NCBI RefSeq assembly: GCF_018350175.1
Contig: NC_058368.1
Location: forward strand, 19,718,001-19,782,000
DNA from: Felis catus
Taxonomy: Eukaryota
DNA length: 64,000 nt
Direction: 5' to 3'
Position numbers and translations under genes: made by a program. Of this stretch, positions 34,871 through 46,864 are shown piece after piece. The notes beneath the pieces were generated by a model, which ran no database searches, was not told where the DNA came from, and saw only the letters and a program-made list of their open reading frames with translations. Position 1 is the first letter of the stretch; every line of letters starts with the position of its first letter.

Positions 34871-37369
34871 GAAGGTCGCGGCCTTTAACTTCCGTGCAGA
34901 GCAGCCACAGGATTGACTCTCCCCAGGAACGACCTAAAACCAGAGTAAAGAGGACTAGGGAATTGCTTTAAGAGGGGCACATTGGGACTAGAAAGGGAGA
35001 AGCCTTGTCCTCAGAGGCAGTGCTTTGGTCTCCAGTTTGCATTGGGCGTGGCTGAAGGGGGCAGTGCTGGAGTCGGGGGGACCACTGGGGGGCCCCTCCT
35101 CCACGAGCTGTCCTGACTCCGGCAGCCTGGTGACAGAGGGGGCTGGTAAACGCTGGCTTTCCCGTGTCAGAGAGGCATGAACCGGGGCCGAGGGAAGTTG
35201 ATGGGAGACCGATGGGGACCTGGGGACAGGCCCAGGCCCCCGCACCCCCACCCAGGTTTCTAGACATGGCGAGTGTGCAAAGGTAAGTAATAATCACTAA
35301 GGAGACAACTAGAATTATCTGGAAGCATGTTGGAACAGAAGGCGAGCACAGCTCTCTTCGGGATCTGCCCTTCCCAACTTTTATGAGGAGCTCTCGGGAA
35401 AGACCTCCTAAAACAAGGGAACTAAACCCAGCAGCAGACACCCCCATACACCCGAGGTGCCAAGGGCCACTCCCAGTGCCACCTGGGTACGATGCGTGTG
35501 TCCTCACGGCCCCCAGGGGATGGGCACCGCTGTCACCCCGTTTACAGGGGGGAACCAAGCACAGAGGCTGCCGGCCCAGCCGGGCCCGGCCACAGCGTCT
35601 GGGAAGCACGCTCTCGAACACCGCTGCCCCCTCTCCGAGAGCCAGTTTGTTAGAAGCCTAATTTGGATACACATCCTTGGAGTCAGTCCTAAGAAATAAT
35701 TAAAGATCTGGGAAACGAGGCTGCTCGTCGCAGCACTAGTGAGAGAGGGAGGTGATAAATTATGGAACACCTGTACAAGAAATCTGTTCAAACCTGAAAA
35801 CCCTGCCGTAGATAAATGTCTGTGGGAGACGAAAACTGTCTGCACCGTATCATTAAATGAAGAGATCCGGTTCCAAAACCGTGCATGCCTTGTGATCCGA
35901 TTCTTCCTATACCCGCGCGGCCGTAGAAGGAGACATGTGTTGGTGCTGGGGAGCATGCTGCAGAACCCTGGCTCGGAGACCTGGCCCAGATTAGCCCTCT
36001 GATGCACAGACCTGAGGAGGCTCTGAATATCCTGTGACGAATGCCCAGGGGATGTTCTCAGGGAAGCACACGCCCCAGGAGCGACTCAGGCCAGGAGTGC
36101 TGGGAGAGCGGCTTCTCGGTTCTTCTCCCTTCCTGAGGGAGACGTGCTTGGCTCTGCCTGACCGAGGTGAGCGCCATCAGGCCGCGGAGGGCCCCCTGCC
36201 CCTTGGTGCTCTGGGCGCATCATCCGGACACCTCCACCGTCAGCCTGTGTGCTTACAAAATCTCCGCCAGCAAGCCCACCGCCCGGATCTGTGCGCCTGG
36301 CCCACGGGTCACAGAGCGACGACCAGGCCTCTTGGGTTCAGGCAGCCCGGCTGTGGCCCTGGAGACCCGAGGGAGGGCTGGACGGGGGGACTGAGCACAT
36401 GGACGCCTGTCCTCCATGAGCACTGCAACAGAAGGCGCCAGATTCCTTCTTGCTCTTCGGTATTTCCTCATTTTCCCATAATGAACAAGTAAGTACTGCT
36501 TCTGTAAAAAAGAAGAAAAAAGCTTAGTTTTAATTTAAAAAATGAGAGCCCTACATGACACGATCCTTTCTAGCTCTGACATCCTCTGATCTCATTACAG
36601 CTCTTGAAGGTTTACTCTGGTTTCTTTTCTTTCCTTGGCTTCCCAGGAGAACGCTTTTGTTTCCCAGTGTGCTCACTATAGAGACGCCGTGTTCCCGGAG
36701 GCCCGTGGGCAAACGGGCCGCCGCCTGCAGCCGGCCGTGGGGCCCCGGGGAGGTGACGCTGGGTGAGGAGCCTGTGTGTAGCCAAGGGCCAGGGTGGGGA
36801 GGGAGGACGCGGCCGAGCAGCTTGGCAGAGGCAGTAAAGTTCCTTCGCTCTTACCGTGTTCCTCCCTGAAAAGAAGAAAACACTTCAAGAAGCCAGGATA
36901 CTCTGAGAGGCCAGACTCATTCGAGCAAGACAGCCGACCCGGGAGGCGGGAGTCTGAGCGTTCGAGCGGCCTCGGCCTCAGCGCGGCCCTCACGCCGTTG
37001 GAAGGAGACCCGGGTCCAGCATGCAGAGGGAAGGGGGGCGGTGCAGGGGATTTCGCTCCCAGGGGATGGGCTGGGATGGGTGCCCATGTCCCAGGGCCCG
37101 GAGGGCACAGGACCCAACACGCTCGCAGGCTCTGGTGGGCAGCACTTTCCACCCAGGCCGAGGGGCGACCCCTCAGGGCCTAACAAGAAGGTCTGGAAGC
37201 CGAGCAGCTTGGCTGAGTGCTGTTTTGAAGGGGAAAGAGAGCAGTTCCCGATCACAGTCCTTTGTGTTACTAGCGGTACTGGTATTAAAAGGAGGCCAGC
37301 CATTCACAGTCTCTTCACTTGAGAATGCCGTCCTAATCTCCTCGTGTCTCTGTCCCTTCCTTCTTGCGG

Positions 37370-37455
37370 CCGGCCGTGCACTGGGCTAAAGGACGGCGTG
37401 CTGTGGCCGCCCCGCCCCTGCGACCCCGCACACCTCAGCACAGGGTCTGGGAAGG
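37370..37455 (+). pseudogene. DHRS12: Possible remnant of DHRS12 exon 9
   Basis: Pyrimidine tract ending ttgcgg (possibly a mutated tgcag), then GAC GGC GTG CTG TGG CCG...GCA CAC CTC AGC, resembling DTMLWLA...AQPS. Short and GC-rich, so weak evidence. Confidence 0.35.
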
Positions 37456-38401
37456 CGGCTCACGCCCTCTCTCTCTAACCACACACTGGGGCCTCTCCAT
37501 GTGGAGCCTCCCCTCCATGAAACTCAGGGTAGGGTGGGACTGTCCTCTTTCCTCATGAGTGTCCCCAGGCTTCACCAGTGAGACGGGTCCCTGGCCTGTC
37601 GGGGTGAGTTTTGTAAAGTGCCTCACCAGATTTTACACCCCCGTCTTTCTGAACTCAGGGGGTCCCTGGAAGACGGAAGTCCTCAGGTTGTGATCAGGGT
37701 CATCAAAGTCCTAGGCAAGGCCATGCCCTCCCTGGGTAAAGGCGATCCCAACCGGGGAGGTGGAAGGTCACCTGGGAAGCTGACCGAACCCCGGGGAACG
37801 GGACCCGTCCATAGCAGCAACGCGAAGCACGTTGGCCGTGACTCGGCTTTTCTATTTCTGGAGGCGGTTATCTGTTGGGGTTTTGTTCTCTAGCTGGGCA
37901 GAGTCCCAAGGGACAAGCTCCGGGACAGGAGGAGCTGGGAGGAGGTGGCCAGGGAGCTCCGGGAGGAAGCCGCGTCTTCTCTCTGGCTCTCTCTCCATCA
38001 CGGATAACCACTCTTGAGCCGTTGTGAGGCTCTCGGTGACCCTGTGGCCGCGAGGATGGCTGCACTTCTCCCTTGGCTACCGCCTGCCCGGCTCCCGAAC
38101 ACCTCACACTCCTGCCGTGGGCAAGCCCCACCCAGCCGCACCCCTGCCCCAAGGCCCTCCCTCAGCCCCCAATGTCTGTGTCAGGCAAACTCCCCTGACT
38201 CCTCGTTCTCCCCTGCTGGGTCTCCCTGCTGTATGTAGCACGTCAGGACACTTCTCCGTGTGGACCCCTGAGGGCTGGGGCGGCACTTGTGGGCCCCCGG
38301 CAGGGGTCGCTGACATGACCCATCTGGGGCCCTTGCAGCCACAGGCAGAGGCCAGTCACGAAGCTGCCGTTCTCACAGCTTGGTTTCTCCGTCACTTTTA
38401 G

Positions 38402-38511
38402 CTCAGAAATCGGTTCCCACATACTTGCCCTCTTGCCAGACCATCCTCCTCATCGACTGAAGAGGGGAAACGAATAGAAATCCTGAAGAGCTGGCTCAGA
38501 GATCTAAGGAA
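38402..38511 (+). pseudogene. DHRS12: DHRS12 terminal pseudo-exon with +1/-1 frameshifts and lost stop
   Basis: ttttag|CT CAG AAA TCG GTT CCC ACA TAC TTG CC[C]T CTT GCC AGA CCA TCC TCC TCA TCG ACT GAA GAG GGG AAA CGA ATA GAA ATC CTG [-]AA GAG CTG GCT CAG AGA TCT AAG GAA, vs recalled DRKPVSTHLPLATASSSPAEEEKLIEILEQLAQTFK*. Confidence 0.88.
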
Positions 38512-38630
38512 GCCAGACCAGAGTCAACTCAGGGCCAGGGAAGGCAGGCACCAAGGGCCGGTGGGCGGACTCCACTTCTACTTCCCCCTGGCGACGAGGA
38601 ACTTCGGGAGACTGGGAACTGTAATTTTAA

Positions 38631-38636
38631 AATAAA
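38631..38636 (+). terminator. Candidate poly(A) signal of the DHRS12 locus
   Basis: AATAAA ~120 nt downstream of the ancestral stop position. Confidence 0.45.
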
Positions 38637-38986
38637 TATGACCGGGGCCAGGAACAAGCCAACCCTCATCTTCAGCAGCAGGTTTTTCCCCCCCTGTGCA
38701 AATTTCTCCTTGATTTGAAAATTTGGTTTTCTTAAAAATTCTGTGTTTAAGATCACCCCGCATTGTTGGTTTGAGGGAAGCAGGGCGGGAAGAGGGAGAC
38801 GTGCTAATGGGCTGTGCACCTCTGTACCCCAGGAGAGGGCTCCACCCTGCCTCCATCGTGTGCAGCCCCTTTGTGGCCCTAGGCTCAAAGCATGATTCTG
38901 GGATAGCACATATTGACATGAACAAATTACATGAGGCCAGTTTACATTTGCTTAAGATTAGGAGTGGCTTCAGTAATGCACATGGC

Positions 38987-39192
38987 AGAGCGCCCGGGTG
39001 GTTTAGTTGGTTAAGGGTCCGACTTTGGATCAGGTCACGATCTTATGGTTCGTGGGTTCAAGCCCCACGTCGGGCTCTGTGCTGACAGCTCGGAGCCTGG
39101 AGCTTGCTTTGGACTCGTGCCCCCTCTCTGCCCCTCCCCTGCTTGCACGCTCTCTCTCTCTCTCTCTCTCTCAAAAATAAACATTAAAAAAA
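38987..39192 (+). mobile_element. Can-SINE
   Basis: gcgcccgggtggtttagttggttaag head, (CT)n, A tail. Confidence 0.88.
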
Positions 39193-40028
39193 TATTACGT
39201 ACCTGGCATTCTAGTGCTGGTTTGAAAAACTTCTGTGTTACCCCATTTTACCTCCTAATGACTGCAAAGTTGTAACAACACATATAGAAATAAACACATA
39301 TAGAAATATCTACATACGTTCTTGGTGTTCAAGGCAAAATAACCCTCACTCGTCATTCATAGAGGAGGAAAACCCAAGTGGACGGTTCCTCAGAGGTGCT
39401 CAGATCCAGGCTATCAGCCAAGGCACCCCAGGAAGGGATTTTCTGGGTGCGCCTGCCCGGAAGGTCGGCGAGTGTCGGCTCCATTTGCATCCGTCCTTTT
39501 CCAAAGAAAACGGTGTGGGCGGAGTGGACGGTACTTCTGGAGTGCGGGGTGTGGGTGGGTTGTCACAAAGGGGCCAGGAGGGAGAGGGGCCACCAGTCAC
39601 AGGCCTTGGTGTGAAGGGCAGTCCAGCGACCCCACCCACTGTTCAGTGCCACGCAAGCCATTGTTTTCTTCCCACCTCTCTTCCGATCCATAAAATTGGC
39701 TTCCTAAGTTTTTAGCCCTGAAGTCCTTTCTCCTCAGTTGGAAAGTTTCAATACAGTTAAAGCAGACTTATGTGAAAGATAAAGAAAAGAAAAAGGACTA
39801 CGCGGCCACAGCCCATTTGCTGTGCAGAGCCTGGGGTAAACGGTGGCTCACCTTGGTTTCCAGACTGTGGCTCTCCCTAGGTCTGGACAGCCAGGTGCAG
39901 GAGTGGCCCAGAGACTTCCCTTCCCTCCCACGGTTAGCACCAAAGCGGGGCTGTTGGGATGCATGTGGCCGCGTGTCTCAGCTTGACAACAATGAGGGAC
40001 CACAGATACAGGCAGGTTTCCACAGAGA

Positions 40029-40034
40029 TTTATT
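40029..40034 (-). terminator. Candidate distal poly(A) signal of WDFY2
   Basis: tttatt on the + strand; on the minus strand it is followed by ...cctgtatctgtggtccctcattgttgtc (GU/U-rich). Confidence 0.5.
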
Positions 40035-42644
40035 TTAAACCGTGGAGGCAACTTTGCATTGAGAGTCTCTTACATTGGTAATGGCTACAGGCATGTTTCA
40101 GTCAGAGGGAACACAGTGGGAAAGTGAGCAGAGTTGAAAAACATTCACAACATCCAGCAGCATTTGAACAGAGAACGGGATACAGACATTTTGACATGGT
40201 AAGAAATTCTTGCTCCGTCTCACCGGATCAGTCAGGAAGTCAAGGTCAAGCCTGTCCGGTCTGGTTGGCGGACTCTACCGGCAGATAGCATGGCCATGCC
40301 GGAGGGTTCTGCTGGAACCACACGTGAGAGATGGGTTCCAGCCTCGGGCTCATTACCTTCTCAGCCTGACCCCTTGGGGAATCTCATTTCAGAAAGAAAG
40401 AAAAAGACACCTGAAAAGTGACGTGCCTGCTGCGGCCAGGTACGGAGGTGGCCACAGACTGACGGCGTGCAGGATGGCAGAGTCCATTTCCCTGGTTATG
40501 AAGAGTGGGAGGCAGGCACGAACGTGGAGCTAGCACCTTCCCTGTTGTCCAGTTAGTAACAGTTTTTGTCCTTTTCATATAAAGATTTTCTTTTGCAAAA
40601 TGACAGTACGTGAAAAAAAGTCATTAAAAAAGCAAGGCAAATGGCGTCAAACACAAATATATCAAGAGTACCATGGTTACCAGTGACACAAGTGTTTGGT
40701 CTATACTTCACACGGGTGGATGCTACTGACCTAAGGCTGCCATCTACCTGGATGGGAAAAAGAAAAGTGTAGACAAATGAAATACTTTTTTCAAACCATT
40801 TTCCCTTTTTGTAGTATAGTTCGCCCTCTTCTGATTCCCAGAGAACCGAGGGAGAAAGGTATCAAGGTCAGATCCTAAATCTAATGTCAAAACTAACTTG
40901 CGGTTCCCTGACACCGTCTCTCCCAAGAAAGTCAGATACGCTTCTTAAGTCACAAAGGTGGACAGTTTGAGGTATCTATTTTTAATGAGATGGTACCATG
41001 ATCAAGTTCCACCTTCTTTATCTTCTTCAGACCTCTAGATGGAAACACGCAGTAAGCAGTTTATGTGATGTGACAGAAGACAAAGACGTTCCTATGTCAG
41101 CCACTAGTCAAACGGTAAACAACATAAATGGAATCACAGGATCGCAGGACTGGAAGGGGTCTTAAGGACGATCATCAAATTCGATCCCTACTCCAGGCTT
41201 CAGCCTCCCTCCCACTTTGCCGACAAGGGGCTGTCTACTGGCTGTGCAAACATTTCCTGGCACGGGGAACACAGGGAGGAATCCCACTCCAGTATTGGGC
41301 AGATCTAATTTCTGAAGACTGCTTTTGGGTGTTAGGCCTAAATAGGTTTCTCAGTGGAAGGGATAATGTTCACGGGCAAAATTACAAACTAAAAACCCCA
41401 AGGGTTGGTATGGATGTAATTCTTGGTTGTAAACTTGAGCAGAAGTTGAAAAATGAACACGGGTACCCTGAATTAAGTTACGGACACACGATACCTGGCT
41501 AGCGCAAGACAAAGGCGAACGGATGCAGTGGCAAGAACTAGAAAGTGCCGAGCCCCACGGCAGAATGTTGGGGTGCCCTGGCTGGGCAGGGCCGGGTCTC
41601 TGAGGTGGGGGCTGCCTGAGCCCTTTTCACAGTCTCTGAATTGAGGAAAATGTTCCCTTCCACTTGGCAAGTGCCACTAGGTGGAGGATTTATCACATTT
41701 GCCACACTGTACTGAGATGACCCATTACTTGCGAGAACGATTTAAGGCCAACAGGGAAATTGAGGGCAGCTCCTGCTTACGCACCGACGGGCTTGGCCAC
41801 AGTTGTCTAGAACAGTCTCCTCCTGCCCCAGGCAAGCTCTTTCCTTTCTCAAAGGGGAGCAGCCGAGACTGGCCCACCTGCGCAATAAGGGAACTAGCAG
41901 GCAAGTTCTCCCAGGCCGAGTCCATGCATGCAGCGGTCTCCAGCTCCACCTCACGGCCTCCAGGACGGGGCTGTGCCTCCAGAAACTTCAAAAATTAATT
42001 ACCAAGGGCCATTTTAACATAACGATCCCAGGTATTTCTAAAGGAAAAACAAACAAACTTTGATACTAGCCTCAGCTGCAGGAAAACTTGACTCTCAAAC
42101 TCTGAGTGAACCCCTCCTGGCGAACTGTGTGCGGCCTCCCTCCCTGCACGGGCCCGCCCGTAATGACAAGAGCTCGGGCCCCAGGACTGCCGCTTGAGCG
42201 CGCAATTATTCTCCGGCAACTCCAAACCACTTGTGGCCTCTGCGTACCAGGCTGATGCCAGATCGTAGGCATTTGTTTCTGTTTCTGCAGCCTACAGGTC
42301 ACTTCCCGACTCCACTAACCCCACCTCCACCTTTAACCGGCTCAGAAACCCTTTCTGCTGGGGGAGGGGCACCCTGCACAGAACTCCCCCGGGGGACCTC
42401 AAGCATGCTCCTTTCACTGAATGAACTACATGGGACTGAAATGACCCATCTGCTCCCCCGTGTGGCCTCTGCCCAGGCCAGGAAGTGGACCCCGGCACCC
42501 CAGGGCCTAGTTCAAAGCCCTCGTATGTGGTGGACACTCAACAGATGGCTCAAGTGGGCTACAATCTCTAGGAGCACCTAGAGAACTCTGTGCTTCCCAG
42601 TCAACTTGTTAGATACCCACTTTCAGTTAAAATTTACTATTATT

Positions 42645-42867
42645 TTATTTATTTTTATTAAAACAATTTTTTTTAATGTTTATTTTTGAGAGAGACACAG
42701 AGCGCAAGCAGGGAAGGGGCAGAGAGAGAGAGACACAGAATCCGAAGCAGGCTCCAGGCTCTGAGCTGTCAGCACAGAGCCTGACTTGGGGCTCGAACCC
42801 ATGAGCCATGAGATCATGACCTGAGCCGAAGTCGGATGCATAACCGACTGAGCCACGCAGGCGCCCC
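42645..42867 (-). mobile_element. Can-SINE in the probable WDFY2 3' UTR (sense to the mRNA)
   Basis: Reverse head ...actgagccacgcaggcgcccc. Confidence 0.92.
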
Positions 42868-43138
42868 AAAATTTACCATTATTTTAAAGGAGAGAAAAAG
42901 AAGGCTGTTTGGGCAAAGTGCTTTCTTTTACTTTAAAATATATATCTTAGTGAAGGAGATCGCTTACGTACAATTAAACAATGAAAAGGCAAAAGCAAAG
43001 GAATCTCATTTAATGAATATTTGTGGCCAGTAACTTTGGTACACAGTTTAGAGCTATCCCTTTACTTAAAAGTCAAAATCCAGGCTTTAAAAATTGATTT
43101 TTAAGCAAAAGTAAATTATGCTTTTTAAAAATGAATCT

Positions 43139-43342
43139 GGGGCACCTGGGTGGGTCAGTCGGTTGGGCTCAGGTCATGATGTCGTGGTTCATGAGTTCGA
43201 GGCCCATGTCCGGCTGTGTGCTGACTGACAGCTCAGAGCCTGGAGCCTGCTTCGGATTCTGTGTGTCTGTCTCTCTGTCCCTCTCCCACTTGCACTCTGT
43301 CTCTTTCTCTCAAAGATAAATAAACATTAAAAAAAAAAAAAA
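43139..43342 (+). mobile_element. Can-SINE in the probable WDFY2 3' UTR (antisense to the mRNA)
   Basis: ggggcacctgggtgggtcagtcggtt head, A tail. Confidence 0.92.
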
Positions 43343-46300
43343 ATGAATCCCAAACCGTGAAAAGGTGATCACGTTCCCTAAGAAAGACCGACTCAAGGCT
43401 AGCCTTCAGACAAAAGGGAAGATGAATTTTCAACACCCTCGGATTTCCACTTGGATTTGGCTGCTGGGGTGGTCCATGGAGAAGAGCGCCAGAATGAGTT
43501 TATTCTGATCAAGACCAGCAATAGTTGCCTCACTGAGTAGTACCCATCCACTCGTAAACAAGGCTGGAGCCAAAAGAAGTGTCAGGTTCACCTACAAGAG
43601 CATCAAACCTGGTTCCCAAGAGCTGCTTGGAGGTCCCTCCTCCTAGTCATGCCATTACTAGTTAAGGTCCAAAAGCAACTGTTCCTCAAAAACTCTTCTT
43701 TTAGGTTCTCTTGTTTACACCTCAGCTGTATCCAACTGCCTGGTGTGACTACATGTTTTCTGCTTGGAACATTCTAGATCTCTGAAGATCCCTTCCAGTT
43801 TTGTGATTTTAGGATTCCTTGAATAATTCAAACAACCAAATGAGAAACACGTCGTCGACTGACCGCATATAAAAAGACATGCAATTCCAAGTGCTTAATT
43901 TAAAACGACTTTCGCTACTGTGGACACAAACCCAGGCAGCTAGAGGTTCCAGTAACATTTCTTTGGAGAAACTGAGAGCAGGTGATTCGTTTTATCCTAC
44001 GAAACGAAGAATAAGTCTGTGCATGACATGTGTGCAGTTTTGCCAGTTTCAGGTAAGGCATCACTTGCCGGAACTGGTCAAGTAACAGAGCAAAAACATA
44101 TGTAAAGTGCAATTCCAATAGGGCAAAACAAGAACTATGACAGTTAACCTGGACAGGAGCAGAGCCAAGTGCTGGTGCCAGCCTTCACTCCTAATGGGTG
44201 AAGCCTCCAGCCACAAAATGCTTGGAAGACACGCACCACCCGCGTCTCTCTCTCCATGAGTCACAAAAATGGCGGAGGCACTCAATGTAAAACTCAAAGA
44301 ATTCACAGTATCACAAACACGCACAGTTGGTTTGCTAAGCGCTTCTCACCAAATTCAAGCACCCACACAGACGAGGAAAAAGGAAAAGGCGGAGCAGCGG
44401 ATGCCACGATACATCTGTGGTTTCCGATCGCGACTCTCATCGGTGGGGTGTCGAGTGGTTTCGACCTCCGAGTGGCTCTGAGGGCTGGGGTCCCGCCGTG
44501 CTGGGAGGGAGACGGCTGCAGTGAAGTGCAAGGTCACAGACCAGGGCTACCGCGGTGTACACTCGTGACCCCATAGGGGCAGGCAGCTTCCCCGGTGGGG
44601 TGTGAGCTCGTCTAGACCTAACTCACATCCACGTCAGGCTTGAGGGGCACTGGTCTACCGCTTCCCTAACACTTCTCCCTCTCTGTATACAGGCCACGCT
44701 CCAAAACCCAGGAAGGGAAAACAGATTAATTTCTATTACTCATTTCCAACACATGGTTCTTTATCATGTGCAACTTAGTAAGCGGCTCCAAGTTCTGGTA
44801 GTAGACTATAATATAGATACTTGAATATTTGAATTCCCTTTTTAAAGCTCTCTCACAATCATGCAGAAAAGACTCGGATTAGTTATAACAGGCAACTAAC
44901 TGATGGTAAGCAAGGGTCATGTGGAAGGGGACAGTGACGTGACCGGTGGTAACCGCTTCCGTGGGCGTGCGCACGCGCACACGCAACCTTAGCGTTTGGG
45001 CACGTGAGCTCATCCGGTCTGAGGTCTGGGTGATGGCCGCCATTACTCTGGCTGCACGGGGCGTGCGCACTGGTCCTGCGTCCCAGCGCTGCAGCAGCGG
45101 ACCCTCTCTAGGAAGCCCCCTCCCCGGGTCGTACACGGGCCAGTGTCAGGGGTCTTCAGAGAATGGGAGTACGGCAGCCACGTAAGGCTGGTAGTACTTT
45201 TCCTGGTTGGAAAGAAAAGCAATGAATAGTCACTGAGGGGCAAAAAAATGGCTTCCCCCGAAGCGAAAGAAAAATCGGGAGCAGTTCAAATACTACCACC
45301 AAAAAACTGTCAAATCAGGAATGCACAAGCTAATATGGATAGTGAAGGGCAAGTCATTGGCCTGTTTATCGGCGAGGCTTGATTTAACCTGGTGATCTCA
45401 AGAGACTTAGTGATCCCCGGCCGCCCCTGCCAGGGGAGGGTGACGAGGCGGTGCATGTAAAGCACGCACAAGGGGCCGGCTCATCCTGCATGCCTGCTGC
45501 TAACGCAGTCTGGCTTTACGGGTGAAAATAAGATTCCTAAAAGGGACTTCAGTGGCCTGAGGTGAGTCACTACACATAAGAGTATTTCACTTCATCAAGT
45601 CTGTCTGGATTCCCTTCAACTGAGAGCTCTTCAGGTTCATTTTCTAAGCTCCCCACCCACTTTTTAAAAATTTTTTAACATTCCCAAGGGGAACACAGTA
45701 TGAGCTGTACGACTCGGTACCTTTTACGTCTCAGATCACACAGGTTTAGTACGAAAGTGTGCACAGTGTTCTGAAATACATTAAGATCAAAATCTTTAAA
45801 TATCTAGTTTTTAAAGGGGAAGAGAATACAGATGGTGAGTAGAGCAGGATACGATCTCGCAGTAACGAACACATTCAAATTCAGAGGTGCAGTGTGGAGA
45901 AACACATCTTACAGATGCTCCCCCCCCCCCCGAAGGTCATGGGTTTTTGTTTTGTTGTGTTGTGTTTGTTTTGAATATTGTGAGCGAGGAAGAGCTATGT
46001 GAATAAAGCCAAAACAGAAAAGGCTCAGACAGCTCCAAATGAATTAGAAATGACCCAGGCACTGCGAGTTGAAGCTCTGAGTTACAATCACCCACCTCTG
46101 CGGGGATGGTGGTTGGGAGCAGCTTTCTCACAGCCTTTTTGTAACGTGGGAAAGACGGAGACACGGAGGCAGAAGCACAAGGTCATGTCTACTCAGAACA
46201 TGAGCGAGTGAGACGTGTCAAAGGGATAACTCTTCACGTGATTCAAGAAGTCGGTTGGAAAACCCACATGAATGGTTTCCCAGCTCTCTCTGTTGAAGAG

Positions 46301-46834
46301 GATTTCTGTGAAAGCGGAAACGCTGAGAAGAAAGAGCGTAAATATAAACACACTGGCAAAGAGCCGATGAAGCGGAGAGTAGGTAACAGAAGAAAAAGAC
46401 GCTGACCACAGAATATGTGCCGGAAGTGAAGAAAACATGGAAACGACTTTATAATGACCAAAAATACCCTGAACAGATGCCTCCGTCATTTCTCCAACAC
46501 GCAAAGCAACAACTAAAACGAAGTGTTGAAAAATGTAAAAATTAAACACCCCACACAAAGTTTTCAGTATGCTCAAAACAATGTAGCACAGCCAGACCGT
46601 ATAAACCATTTGCTAAAAAAATATCTTCTTTTATATCGTATGAACGCGTTGAAAGTCTCCCTCGCCAGCGTTCACTCACGAGCTCACCCCTGTACGCGCT
46701 GCTACCCCGTCAGCTCAGCCCCACTCTGCAGTTTCTCTCGAACTCTCACACGTCCGCTTGCAGCTCCAGTAATGATGTGGATTAGAACAACCGTTTCTTG
46801 AGTAAATACTATCTTTGTGATGCCTGCAGTGTCA

Positions 46835-46864
46835 TCAAGACACGACTGGGGTCATATCCCACAA
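46835..46864 (-). CDS. WDFY2: WDFY2 terminal coding exon: LWDMTPVVS*
   Basis: ttttcacag|TTG TGG GAT ATG ACC CCA GTC GTG TCT TGA, followed by a second TGA. Confidence 0.95.
   Translation of the reverse strand: MWDMTPVVS

Larger units (their letters stand above)
517..38511 (+). pseudogene. DHRS12: DHRS12 (dehydrogenase/reductase SDR family member 12) unitary pseudogene, ~10 exon remnants with introns
   Basis: Ordered, phase-compatible exon remnants translate to GLREYTK / KDFVP..EVQIPG..VT*GNSGIG / GEIIRESGNQ / NIFLHIV / INSAGCMVNKRE / ILT..LIP / TVS.GGMLVQ..GTMVCAQNK / EEGKRIEIL. These match DHRS12 as I recall it, and the gene is convergent with WDFY2 as in human. Multiple disabling lesions. 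Confidence 0.92.
40010..46834 (-). other. WDFY2: Probable long WDFY2 3' UTR
   Basis: Runs from the stop codon to AATAAA (minus strand, 40029-40034), which is followed by GU-rich sequence. The distal end is inferred. Confidence 0.55.

Noticed and set aside
34968..35621. 217-aa minus-strand ORF
   Set aside because: GC-rich intronic sequence with no recognisable homology.
46832..46837. Tandem TGA TGA at the WDFY2 stop; also an AAG acceptor at 51396-51398
   Set aside because: Both are common, tolerated variants; no evidence of special function.
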